DNA from: Tubulanus polymorphus
Lineage: Eukaryota > Animalia > Nemertea
Length of the DNA stretch: 64,000 nucleotides
Direction of reading: 5' to 3'
Assembly (NCBI RefSeq): GCF_964204645.1
Contig: NC_134033.1
Span: 16,004,655-16,068,654, forward strand
Positions within the stretch are counted from its first letter, which is position 1; each line of letters starts with the position of its first letter. Shown here one piece after another: positions 1 to 12,733 of the stretch. The notes beneath the pieces were generated by a model. That model was not told where the DNA came from. It ran no database searches and saw nothing but the letters and a program-made list of their open reading frames with translations. The position numbers were made by a program, and so were the translations under genes.

Positions 1-716
1 ACCCCCCGGGTTAAAGGTAATACCAGTCTATAAAACTAGCCCCTGGACTTTTCATAAATTTTTCATTCGATGCTCTCAAGAGACAGGACTAGGAACAATA
101 TAGCTCCTTTTGTTTAATGCCGTTAACCAATCAGAACGAACTATCCCCAGAATTGCATTTACTAGGTAACGCTACATCGGTTATACCCGGTATATTCACT
201 TCCTAAAAATCATTCACATTCAATGTCAAGTTTATAAATGATTCTATTATACTGTTGCCGTATAAGCTGCATATATCTATTTGTCAACTCAACTTCATAA
301 ATTAAACCATTATACTGTCACAGTATAGACTGTCTATTTTTGTAAGGCTGTTGTTCGTGTAAATTTGTACAGAATGAAAAATAAATCAATATTTCATTTG
401 TAAATCTGTCTTTGACTTTATTATTTCTCTATAATATAAATCCTGGGATGGAGAACAGGTTCGAACCCGGGACTTCTTGTTTCTAGAGGGCTTTCTATTC
501 ATCATCTGGACCACACCATCGGTTATCAATATTGGACTTGCTCGAACAAGGTACCCAGCATGGGCGCTGCTCATCGTTAAGTCAGTGCCTGGACCATTAG
601 GTATCGCGGTATATATTGGGTTCGAACCCAGGTACACTGAACAGTGTGCTAGATGGCGGGACCATACGGTCCCCTAGTGGCATTTCTGCGAACTAATATG
701 ATATTGCGGGCTGATG

Positions 717-798
717 CTAGACTGGTTGCCGGTCTCTACCTTCAGCTATTCTGACTGCGAATGCAGGTGGCGCTGAATTGGACAGGCGACCAGTCTAG
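717..798. mobile_element. Micro-MITE with CTAGACTGG termini and 7-bp TSD; second, inverted copy at 9762-9828
   Basis: Inverted termini ctagactgg...ccagtctag. Flanking direct repeats are gctgatg (copy 1) and aaacctg (copy 2). The interiors are homologous. Confidence 0.7.
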
Positions 799-2884
799 GC
801 TGATGCTTAAACGTTTCGATCAAATATGGGCTTATCATGTGTTAACAAATATTTATACTGATAGTGGCGAATTCAGTCACTATAATGGGGCACTATAAAA
901 CAATCATTTCCATCTAACAACCCGACTGCCAGCAATATAACATTAGTACACGCTAACACCACTAGGGGCCCATATGGTGCTGCCACCTAGTTCATGCAAA
1001 ATTTAAAGACGTTCATTTACCTAATAATTAATTAATCGATAATCGATTGATTGATTGATTTAACACAGAATATTCAAAACTCCTTGAGCGAGATACAAAA
1101 CAAATAAGATATTTATTAGACAAAAAACGTGTTTTATTTTCCTCAGAGAATTCAATATGATTTTTCAGAAGGAAGTAATCTGACTATTTCCAATATTTTA
1201 ACTATAATCAGAACCGGTTTCAGCATTTTCTACACAGATATTATAAACAATGCCATCTAAAGTTGTTAAAATGCCCATTTAATGAATACTTGTAATTATC
1301 CATTCGCCCTTGAGGTAAACATCAGATACAATCTGTCACACTCAAGGTTCGGGCGATTATAATTTGCTCGATAACGATAAGCCCAGTTCAGTTTTGAGTC
1401 CTCGGTTTTAAGGCTCCGAATCGTGACCATATGGACCGGAGCCCTAAAAGCGCTTAACAGTTCAAGGTTCTAGATTATGTGTGCACGTATTACCCTGTTT
1501 TAACTTCAACAGAGTGAACTGTTGAGATATTCAGCAGACACTGGTTAACATGCAGGGCCGTATCTAGGGGCCCGAGGGGGTTTGGTTAAGGAGTGGACAC
1601 CCCCCGGAAATTTTCGACAAGTTTTTGCAAATATTACCGTTATATCCAACAGAACTGCCCTTTTCAGGATACTCCGCACCCCCCCCCCCTAAAAAAAAGA
1701 GTTCAAATGCTAGGTACGTGTTCAAATGACACGTGGATTCATATTCTCACTATTTATCACTGCTTTCATGAATTATATTCAACATCGGTCTCAAGTGATA
1801 CGTTATATCAATAATCTACTGCATTTAATAACCGAGTTATGAAATTATTATGGTATTATATATATTATAACAGTTCGGTTATATGCATATAATCGCGGAG
1901 CTCCGTCATCTGACCGGTTGAATTTCATTCAACTTCACAGGAGAGGACCAGACTTGACACGCAACGTGATCAGCATTACGACTTACATATTGCATCTATG
2001 TTCTACATATCGCGTGTATAATTAAATGATGATTCAACCTAAACACAATTAGCCAGGGATGAATATATATTCTATGTAAATAGCAGGAAGAGAAATGAAT
2101 AAATACTAACAATTAGTTTGACAACCAGTGTCAAAAACATCGAAAATACCGCAGAGGTTGACGGGACATGACGAATGTTGAATGGACCGGAACCTCCCCG
2201 GACGACCGTTCTTCAAATTTCTGATCATTCAAACTTCGCCTGTGTTCAGTATTTCATCAGAGACATTTTTAATTGAAAAATGAACTACAAACATCAGACA
2301 TAAGACATTTTATCAGCGCGCTTTCACAAACTGATCATCCACGCTTCACATGTGTTCGGTAATTCACGGGAGACATTCTTAATTGAAAATGAACTACAAA
2401 CACCAGAAATAAGATTTCATCAGCATGCTTTCATAAACTGATCGTCCACACTTCGCACTAAAATGAGAAATGGCCGAAAAGGTGCAGGTCCTGACTTTAA
2501 ACTCGCACCCAAGCTATGAACAATGTTAAGAAATCTCTACAAGGCTCTATCGGATATGTACCTTACTGACTAGCATAGCCTAGATATAAATTCATTTTAA
2601 ACACCACAATACAAATAAAGCAAGGGATCGTTCATTTATTACGTACGCATAAAATTTGCGTTTTTCAACCCCTTTCCTGCCTATGTACGCAAAATCGGGC
2701 ACTGACCCCTCCTCCCCTAATGTGTACATAATAAATGAATAACCAAATCAATAACTGATTGAAATAACTGTCGAAAAAGGTTATCATTAATTTAGGCATG
2801 ATTTATCAGCCTTGACCTTGGCATTCCTGGACGCGAAGCAATAAACAAACTTTAATAAACTGAATACATTTAATTAACAATATA

Positions 2885-2887
<3 letters not shown>

Positions 2888-2960
<73 letters not shown>
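2888..2960. repeat. (TA)n microsatellite; another at about 51587-51641
   Basis: Pure TA run. Confidence 0.95.
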
Positions 2961-2967
<7 letters not shown>

Positions 2968-4068
2968 AAAATCAAAAGAAAACACTGAGAGCGACAACGT
3001 ATACAATAACATTGATAGTCGTTTGATACGTAAATATTTAATATGCTTGAGAAATAGATTTTGAATAAATTAATACACGGCGGGCGGTCAATTCATTATC
3101 ATGATTCACGCATAATCTACGAGAAAATAAAAACAAACAACCCTCAAAACAACAACAGCAGATAATAATCATAATCATTATCATAATCATAATCATATAT
3201 ATCAATATATCATGCAAAACAATAAAAATAATGATATTTCTCATTTTTTCGAAAGTGATGAAAACAGTTCTCGGGGTCCATCCAGGTATCCAGTCGCTCG
3301 ACTGGGTCTCCTAGCGTGGAGCTGGGCCTAGAGTGGAGTGTCCCCACCCCTCACCTAAAATTGAGTGCCCCCACCCCTCACCTAGAGTTGAGTGTCCACC
3401 CCTCACCTAGAGTTGAGTGCCCCCTCGCCTTGAGTTAAGTGCTCCCCCTCCCCTTCAACTCTAGTTGAGTGCCCCACCCTTCACCTAGAGTTGAGTGGAA
3501 TAGGGCGAGATTTGTTTGAATTGCTAATACAGAGTTAGTACTGATGTGTATATACTGTGGGTTTCGTTCATTCTAAAATCTCTCTCTCTCTTCCCTCTCT
3601 CCGTGCTCTTATCTCCGCTCTCCCCGAGCGCAAAGACTCGATCAACGCAATCCCTCTATTTATCGGTTATTTTAATCAGCCATGAATAGAAACGCTTCTA
3701 AAACCATCGTTGCTGCTGCTATTTCGCGGAAGCTTTTAAATAGCTTTTAAAAACTATGCTAGAGACTATAATTTTATAGAACCTGGTTCTACAGTAGTTG
3801 AACTGGAGGAAAGCTCACTCTTCATTGAAAAACATAGAGTCAACTTAATCAGGGTCACTACAGATCAGTCATTCCTGGATATAAGGAGAACTTCATTCCA
3901 AACTTAATTCCACACGATGCAAAACTGATCAAAATAACACACGACAAATATTTTCCAGTCACTGCAACAAACGGCACATTTTTCAGCTTCGAAAATTCAT
4001 CTAGTTCGCGTAAATTATCACTTAAACTCGAGCGCCGCGAGATCGAGATATCGGTCGCGTGTCGCACG

Positions 4069-4211
4069 TCACACGGTCGTGTGTTTACGGAATTCCAACG
4101 ACGCGCTGTTCACGCAATAGCGCACGCCCGTCTGCTTTTTAGGTCCGTCGTCGAAAACGTGTCCGAGATGCGAGCCGCATTTCGCGCATGTCGCCTCGAT
4201 CCTCTGCAGAC
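4069..4211 (-). CDS. Alternative duplicated terminal exon of the MsrB gene: [47 protein letters not shown]
   Basis: Polypyrimidine tract and CAG acceptor at 4214-4212. Phase 1 matches the donor at 8123. CxxC, HLGHVF and RYCVNS are intact. I saw no upstream MsrB exons between 4212 and 6683. Confidence 0.85.
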
Positions 4212-4356
4212 CTGAAACGGGAAAAAAAAACCGAAATATTATGTCGTGTATATTACCACTCGGTACGAGTGAACAAGCGGTGCAGACCCGCTTAAATCAT
4301 TCACGGGGAAAACCAGACCAATTTGGTGTATGAAATTTCCTTTCAGGCGGTTTTAA

Positions 4357-4803
4357 CCCTTTCAGTGCTGGCTAATTAATACCCTATGGGATCATTCATT
4401 TATTACGTACGCATAGAATTTGAATTTTTCAACTCCCCTCCCCCTCTGTACGCAAAGCGGCCATTTTTTCATATACATTAAGCATTACAGTACGTAATTG
4501 CCCTGACCCCTCCCCCTCCCTTGATGCGTACGTAATAAATGAATGACCCCTATGGTGCTGGAGATGATTTGAAAATTTTGAAAAATTCCACCCTAGTGTG
4601 TTTAATAACGGGAAAACCACGCGGCACGGTGAATCTTAGTTACTGATATTTCACTGTTTCACAGGTGCTGCCATCTTTCAATAGATATAAAAACTAATTA
4701 CTAATTACATCAATACACCATAGTGCAGTGTACTAGCGTGGTGTTCTAGCAAAATCCATCACTGATTTATACACCGCACTGCGGTGTTGATGCACTGAAA
4801 GGG
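4357..4803. mobile_element. piggyBac-type MITE with TTAA TSD; related copies at about 34352-34530 and 41842-42150
   Basis: TTAA-CCCTTTCAGTGC ... GCACTGAAAGGG-TTAA. Confidence 0.8.
4388..4550. mobile_element. PIF/Harbinger-like MITE nested in the piggyBac MITE; related copy at about 2624-2742
   Basis: TIRs gggatcattcatttattacgtacgca / tgcgtacgtaataaatgaatgacccc with 3-bp TSD TAT. The empty site is visible in the copy near 34380. Confidence 0.75.
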
Positions 4804-5339
4804 TTAAGAGGAAAAACCGAGCATTAGGCTACAGGTGTGGCACATACACGTACGGTTTAATCTGATTCGAAAAGATTACCATAGTTTTATGTTTCAACTC
4901 TATTACATGGTAATTTTAATCCACATCAGTGAATATTAAAACGTTCACGTATAGCTGCGAGTTATAAAGGATCTAATTCGGCAGTTGTTACGGTTGGAGG
5001 CTAGTAACACTCATCGGTTATAGTTCATTTCAAATGTTTTACAAGCGAATATGAGATGGACATTCCTTTCGAGATGCCGATTTTCCACGGGTTCTACTAT
5101 TGCCGCGGCGAATTTACTTCAATTTCGTCAAAACGTGGAATAGCAAGAAAATAAAACATTATTCACTAAACCATTGCCGCAGCAGCTACAGTTCCAACGC
5201 CACTGTTAGCCCAGGCCCAATTGGTATAGATCGCACCTGAGTCTAATTTGGCCCGTGCTTCATAATTAGAGAGTGCACTCACACGTAAACCACTCACTCA
5301 ATACTAAACAATCCTTTAACAAAGTGAAGTGAGTCAGAG

Positions 5340-5381
5340 CATGGACGTATAAACTAGATTAGTTTAGTTTATACGTCCATG
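5340..5381. mobile_element. 42-bp hairpin micro-transposon with P-element-like termini
   Basis: catggacgtataaacta...tagtttatacgtccatg flanked on both sides by the 7-bp direct repeat gtcagag. Confidence 0.75.
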
Positions 5382-6231
5382 GTCAGAGTCACTTCCGGAA
5401 CCAGTTGCAATTTAAACGCAATAACTTGACCCTTGCTAAAATTTGGCTCGATCTGGTCTGACATTTTTGTCAGGCCAAACAGGTAAGCCGATTTGGCACC
5501 TGTTGCTCCCGGCTAAATTTGGCACGGGCCAAAAATACTCGGGTGATCACTGCTATTATTGAACACTCCTCTGTAAACACACCACTGTCTATCATACAAC
5601 TATCCACTTATTTGCTCTGCTTTTAAACATGTTTAGTTTGTGTAACTATTTTCATGTCGTTCCTAGTTTCTATCATGTTTTATTACTTAATCAGTCTCTT
5701 TGTTCTAGATTATGTATTTCGCTGAGCGTGATGACTTAGTCAGATATAGTCGAAACGACCCCTGATATACCGCGGGCCCACATCGGCGCAGAACGGTTTT
5801 GGCGGTATAGAGAGTATGGCGGTATATCGGGGGTGTTTTATTATGTATCGGTATCGAGATGTACATTGAGAAATCCTGGCGAGGCTGGCGGGGGCGGAGG
5901 TAAATGGAAGGGCGGTATATCGGGGGTTGACTGTAGTTTGAAGAAACATTTCCGACTCTTTTTTCTTTTGATTTGAGGGATTGTATATTAGCTCAGTATT
6001 TCTCGGGTCTTGTATAAAGGAACTCCTTCCTCATTGATCTCACGGAGTAGTTGTTTGTACGGAATAGTTCTGCAATGTAGAAAGCGTGCTGGAATTTGAA
6101 ACACCTGCAGCTAAAACTGTATTACTAAAAATATAGCAGCAGCAACATCAGTGGCAGCAACAGCAAGCAATATCTCATCAGATATTCCACTGACATACCC
6201 ACAATTATATACCACTAGAGTATAGGGGTTC

Positions 6232-6470
6232 AGATATCACTGTAACATAGGGGTGCAGATACCCCTGTAACATAGGGGTGCAGATACCACAGTAACATAG
6301 GGGTGCAGATACCCCTGTAACATAGAGTTCCAAATACCACTGTAACTTAGGGGTTCAGATACCCCCGTAACATAGAGTTCCAAATACCCCTGTAACATAG
6401 AGTTCCAGATACCCCTGTAACATAAGAGTTCCAGATACCCCTGTAACACAGGGTTCTAGATACCCCTGTA
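6232..6470. repeat. About 20-bp minisatellite (cagatacccctgtaacatag...)
   Basis: Visible tandem units. Confidence 0.85.
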
Positions 6471-6682
6471 AAAGCAATTTTCCAAATATTTCCCGGATTA
6501 GCATAAAATCGATCGAATTCCCAAATATTTCCAAACACAGGGAACCGCGAGCGCAGTGTTTAAACTACTACACGATAAACCCATTAGAGAGAGATAGAGA
6601 ATTCACCAGAAAATCAAGACTTAAAAGAAAATATTCAATGTTTTTCATCATTCTTTATTTATTCAACTTTTAAAAATACGAT

Positions 6683-9186
6683 TTACAATTCATCTTTATC
6701 ATCGGAATCGGACGCCCGAAATCTTAACGAAGCCGAATTGATACAATAACGTACTCCAGTCGGCAACGGTCCGTCAGGGAAAACGTGTCCCAGGTGAGCC
6801 CCGCAACTACCGCACAATACTTCAATACGTTCCATCCCTGTAATCAAACCTTAGTCCCATAATATCTACATTCGAGTAAGGCCAAGTCATCAGGGGCAGA
6901 TCCTGAGGCAGACTTTGACGGGGGACAAAAAATGAAAAGGGTATAAACTGAAATATGGCAAGTTAACTATCCACGCACACAAAACAAGGGTCTGGGAAAT
7001 GTCAGTGTACACGTATTTTCATACAATTTCTAGGCGCTTGATGGACATTGAAGAGAATAAGCTAAATTTTCCATATACCTATAAGTTACATATCGCCAAC
7101 CTAGAACAGGCAATGTAGGTTCATTCAAAGTAAGTGCCAATTATCATCAACAATGTGTTTTTTCATGAAGTTTGTTATCAAATGTGTAATAGGACATTTA
7201 CTGGTTGGTATAGGCATACAGCCTAAAATTCAAAATAGAAGGGAAATTTCATTTTGTCACCTTTTCCTGATTTTCCATACATTTTCCTAAGCCATGTAGA
7301 GAACAAAAAACAAAAATTCTATAGTTTTTTGAGGGGCTGGGAAAAATGCCCACTTTCCAGAATCTGTAAGAACCACGCTACGACTACGGGCAACCTGATT
7401 CTCCTTCATTCAACTAAACCGTTAACACCCACTGGGAACCAACTCAGGACACCACTAAATCAGCAGGTTCGGATCAAGCAACTGAGCGCCAGCCACTCAG
7501 GGAATTTTTAAAAACTGGTTCAGCATTCCTTCTTCCCCCGTTAAAAAGCCTAGACATACAGAGTAGGCCTCTGAGTAGCAGAGGTCAGGTTGAGGAGAGG
7601 CCAAGGACCAGTGTTCTACATTTTGACGACAAGATAAAATATTTCATTTTTCCAATCTAAAATTCTCTAGAAAATGAAACCACAACGACGATATGAAACT
7701 TGATCTATAGTCTACATCTACACCGACGAACTACCACTGCTTCAACAGTTATATCTATATTATGAATAATCTAATTCTATTAATTGATAATATATTTCAA
7801 AGATTACTTAAATCCGACAGTTTAGAGATTTAACCAAATTTCATCTTCAGAGAAACAGTGCTGTTACTGTTATCACTGATTCTCTGAAGATGGGGGGTAT
7901 CTATCCTCCCCAGGCAGAGATTTGAACCTGATGACCCTTCCACACTAGACCGGGTGTGCACGAAACTTGCGGCGCCAATCAGCTCCTCAGATCGCTCGTT
8001 GTATAATCGCTGAGGCAAATTTCGAGGAAAAACTATAAATGGGATCCATCGCTTAACACTTAAAAACGTTTTTTCGCGGAGAAAATGAAAAGCCGACGAC
8101 AAATGAAACGGAGTGAGTCTTACCGTGTGAGAAATCTTTAACGAGGGTCACTTTTGATTTGTCGAGCGAGTCGAAGAAAGACGGCCAGCCGCAACTCGTC
8201 GAATATTTCGCGTCCGACGAGAATAAATGATTTCCGCAGACGATGCATTGATAAATTCCGTCCTCGTTTAGATTCACGTATTTACCGCTGAATGGCCTGA
8301 AAATACAATTATTACAATTCGTTTATTCGCTACTATAGAATTCTAATTCAGCAAATCACGCAGCCTTATTAGGGTTGTTACAAATCTTAAGTAACAAGTT
8401 GTCAGTTTGTCTATGAAGATCTTCTTTTGACTGGTCCAAATGGATCCAAATCAGCCAACAGGACTTACTTGCACTGATGTAAGTTAGATTGGCTATAGAA
8501 CTAAAATGAGCTCAGACTGATCCAAATTGTTAGATTGGTTATAGAACCAAAATGAACTTGGATTGGTCTCAATTTGTTAGATTTGTGATAGAACCAAAAT
8601 GAGTTTAAACTGGTTTTAAGTTGGTAGATTGGTTATAGAACTAAAATGAGCATAGACTGGTCTCAAGTTGTTAGATTGGTTATAGAACTAAACAGAGCTT
8701 AGACTAGTCTTAAGTTGTTTGATTGGCAATAGAACTAAATAGAGCTTAGACTGGTCTTAAGTTGCTAGATTGGTTATAGAACCAAAATGAGTTGAGACTA
8801 GTCTTAAGTTGCTAGATTGGTTATAGAACCAAAATGAGTTTAGACTAGTCTTAAGTTGGTAGATTGGTTATAGGCCTAGAACTAATAATGTTCTTAGACT
8901 GACCCCCCAAGTCTAAGCCCTGACTGTTCAACAGCTTCGAAGGACAGCTGCTCCTCATCGATACTCACTTTTCAGTTCCACCCTCTTGTGTAACCCGGTA
9001 CTCGGTCGCCGTTAAACGCTCTTTCAATTCTTCTTTCGGGAATTGTTCGTTATCGCATTTCGGACGTTTCTGTTTACACGAAGCCTCTAATTCTTTAAAC
9101 GTCGCCGATTTCTCATCTTTAACAATGCGTAAGATATTCATGAATACGAACAGACCCGTCGCCGTAGCGATCAACCGTCCTAACAT
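6683..9186 (-). CDS. MSRB3: Methionine-R-sulfoxide reductase B, MSRB3-like, KDEL isoform (exons 9186-8969, 8296-8124, 6837-6683)
   Basis: Spliced translation has MsrB motifs: [17 protein letters not shown], Zn ligands CIVC and [21 protein letters not shown] and catalytic RYCINS. The N-terminus is hydrophobic ([15 protein letters not shown]) and has a Cys pair (SCKQKRPKC) like MSRB3. It ends DDKDEL*. Splice phases match, and AATAAA lies about 20-30 nt after the stop. Confidence 0.9.
8480..8900. repeat. About 45-bp tandem unit (ggtcttaagttgttagattggttatagaac...) of a dispersed MITE-like family; also near 38090-38400, 43720-43870, 54330-54570 and 58233-58365
   Basis: The same unit recurs with variable copy number, often between short inverted termini. 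Confidence 0.8.
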
Positions 9187-11121
9187 CAACCACCGCGACC
9201 GCTGCTGATATCACTGAAAATAGATCCGCATAATACATATTAGAGTTCTGGAAATCTGCAAAGTTTGAGTCCAGGGGCCCGTGTAGAAATAATAATATAG
9301 GCCTAATAATGATAATAAGAATAATGATAATTTGTTTTCTTATAGGCCTGTAGCGCGATGCTAACCCTTAACCCAATAAAATGATTTTATTGTTACATAA
9401 TATATGGATCCGGTAAAATATCTTTTATAAGTCGGTAACCGGATCCGGCTAAATAACCACTTCCTACAATTTACATTCAACTTCACGAAGTCAGTCTATT
9501 CGTTGACATTTTGAGCTAGTTTTCCAAAACAAAACGGTTATTGACTATGAAATGAGCACTGACCTGTTTTCAGCAGTCTCTATGAGATTCTGAACCAGTA
9601 AATTCGATCTGTCAGTGCTGTAAACACTACTATTACAGCTGTCAGGAGAGACACGGTCGATTGATTTACAAAATCACCGATTATGTTGCAGAGCGCCGCC
9701 TAGCCAGTGGGAATGCTAGTTACTGTTTCGTAAGCACCAGGGCCGATCGTTTACAAACCTGCTAGACTGGTCGCCTGTCCAATTCTGCGCCACCTGCATT
9801 CGCAGGTTTAGACCGGCAACTAGTTTAGAAACCTGGGTGCCTGCCAGCCTTCATCCTCGCTTGCCAGGGGTTGGTTATCGCTACCGAACTCGGATCGCCT
9901 GACACAAAAAATTGTTTACCCCAGTATATATAAAACAATGTCTTTTCGTCAAAGAAGCCCCTCGGCCAAAAGTCCAAAACGTCAATGAGTCACGGCCTCC
10001 GCTGCAGAGGCGGGCGTTGACAATCGGATGGGTTACTAAAGTATTTTCTTTCATCGACATATTTTCTATGTAGGCTATGCAGTATAAATCATATGTTATT
10101 ACAAACAAGAGGGATGCATATAGATGGCTCATGGATGCGCGGCTTTATATCTCATCACCTGTTATAGGGATATTTCGTTTTTCTATAACATACCTCAAAT
10201 ACCGTACGAGGACCAGTGAATCTGCGCAGTCTGAATAAACCAGTGTTCTTATATCAATCTTTCACTGCGGTATGCCCTATTGAAGGATCGCCGAAAAGTG
10301 GATTTAGTCATTAAAACATTTTTTGTGCCCACGCCACATTATTGCCATGTTGGTAAAACCATTTACTATAATATTGGAGAGAGCACTTACAACACAAATA
10401 CTAAGACCAGTGAAACTGTGCAGCCCGAAAACCGTGTCGTGTTTATATTCATTTTGCAGTCTTTAAGTCGATTTTTTGTCATTAAAACATTTTTTGCTCA
10501 CGCCACATTTTCAAACTCTATATGCGATAATCAGTCAAATTTGTAAACTCCCTGGTGCAGTCTTAATAAACCATCGATTTTATCCATTTGTCGGTTTTTA
10601 AGTCGATTTCTTTTCGCATCAAAACATATTTTGCTCACACTACATTTACTCACTTATTGCTCACCGCAAGTGATAAGTATGTGATAATCAGTCATTTTAC
10701 CCCGGAATTTGGTGATAGGATGAACGGAGGTGGTGGGGGCCAGTCACACAGATTATAATGCGCGGCCTGTGTGGAATTAGTCACGCGTTTTGTTACGTCT
10801 TTTTTATACAAACGATGATTAACGACACAAAATAATAATTGGGAAATGCGGAAGTTTTTTTAAATTTTTCTATAGATGAATATATTTATATATAGTATAT
10901 TGACGATCAATTAAATCAGTTTGAAATATCTGTTTTACACAGAAACATTGAGAATGGTATTAGAATCAATAGATTATTCAATTTTGTTTGAAATCGACGA
11001 TTAAAAAATCTTCCTAGTAAGTAGCACTCACTATTATTATACGTGACGCTCACGCATTGTGTCTATTTACAAAAACTGTGTTGTTTCATTCGGGTTTTAC
11101 CAATTTTTTTCGGCGGGCCCG

Positions 11122-11216
11122 TATAAATACCGTCCAATTCCCAATACCTCATCATCAGGCATTTCGCTTGGAAACAGTTGAACAACTATCGAAACAATCT
11201 CTGAATCGCCAAACAG
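11122..11216 (+). promoter_or_regulatory. TATA box and probable non-coding first exon of the Ig-domain gene
   Basis: TATAAATA at 11122, donor CAG|GTTAGT at 11216, matching acceptor tttttccag at about 12709. Confidence 0.5.
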
Positions 11217-11842
11217 GTTAGTCTTATGTCGTCTGATATAAATTGACGTTATTTCGAGTTCGCTTTATCGTAAACTTTTTACATATAGTTTTGGAAAGAT
11301 TTTTCATGAAATGTTTATTTTCGAACAAGTCGAAAACGATCATGTCGCCTCGCCTTAAATTCACTATTCTTATTTATGATAAAATTCAAGGGCAATTCTT
11401 TTGATTAAGAAGACTATTTGAAATAGGCAAATTCAGGGATCGAACAAGGAAGGGTGGTTGGTAAAAATCCCGGACCAGTGTATATAGGCCTTCATAGTGA
11501 TTGCGTCTGGTTATGTCGGTAACGAGTGGTCAGTGTGGTGGACCATAGCCATTGACTATACAGTATAACTCGGTTTAATTCCGTTCGGTTTTATCATATT
11601 TCACTTATTTCGGACTAAAATTTCAGTCCCGAGGTTATTTCTATTCAAACGAAAGCGCATGATTCGGAAAAATGTTTCCAGTCCCAGGTGATCCGAATTA
11701 AGCGAGTTCTACTGAATTTTTAGTGGCGCTCGGTGTACATTACTATAACTACCCGCTATCATTCCCGCAACAACCTTCACCCGGTCCTGGCAGTGGTCAG
11801 CTCTCCACAGTGATCTCCGTCACTCTATCATCCTAGTGTAAC

Positions 11843-11886
11843 CACGGACGTATAAACTAGATTATAATCTAGTTTATACGTCCATG
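11843..11886. mobile_element. 44-bp hairpin micro-transposon, same family as 5340-5381
   Basis: Near-perfect palindrome cacggacgtataaactagatta|taatctagtttatacgtccatg with 7-bp TSD gtgtaac. Confidence 0.75.
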
Positions 11887-12733
11887 GTGTAACCTAGGAG
11901 AAATCATTTGTCAAATGATTACTCCAAGGTGTAACCGACTGTGTGGTGCAACAGACACTAAGGTTCTTGGTGAAGCAATTACCTTGATGCGTGGACTTTA
12001 GTATCCATGCTTAGAGTAATCATTTGACAAATTATTACTCCAAGCGATTACATAATTTTTGAGTCATCTCAATTTGAAGAGGTGTTGATCTGATGGTAGA
12101 TAGATAGATAGATGATGATGTGGCTTATATTCCATTGGAACACTAATAATGTCATGGTCAATCATCTCGTTACATTGCTCTCTCTCTCTCTACAGGCTCA
12201 TTAACCTAATTAGAGACCTGATTGTGCAAATATTGTCAACAGCAATTTCCCCGAGCACGAAAACCATGTATCGAATATCCCTCGATGAAACTATAGTCCG
12301 CAGTGAATATGAAATTGTAGAGATTCCGCGGCATTAACGCCGGTGAACATATTCGAATTTTGTCTTCCGTTTTCGTTGTGGGAATCGCTACATATTATCT
12401 TCACGATATATTGTTTTATCGATGGTTATCCACGGTGGAATCCGACTTATGGGCAAGAGTGCACGAATGCGCGGCAAGCAAAAACCATCTAACCCGAAAT
12501 GAAAATAGATTCGAACGATGAAGATGAAAAAGTTTTCAAAAATTCATCCCGATTTCTAAAAATGTTTATGTATGCAAAACTTGATATATAACTACCTCGA
12601 AATCATTATGATTTTAAAGCGTTTTGAGAAATATCCAGTATCAAGTTCATAGAATTCAACCCTGACATTGCATTCGAATGATTAAGATTCCCTCTTTAAC
12701 TTTTTCCAGTAGCTTGAACTCGTTGAATCCAAG

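Noticed and set aside
2806-3244. ORF-track ORFs with YIYI/MIMI runs
   Set aside because: These are translations of (TA)n and (ATAATC)n microsatellites.
3858-3900. SECIS-like AUGA...GA hairpin downstream of the MsrB HTTV exon
   Set aside because: The helix is too short and mismatched, there is no apical AA, and both catalytic codons are Cys rather than UGA.
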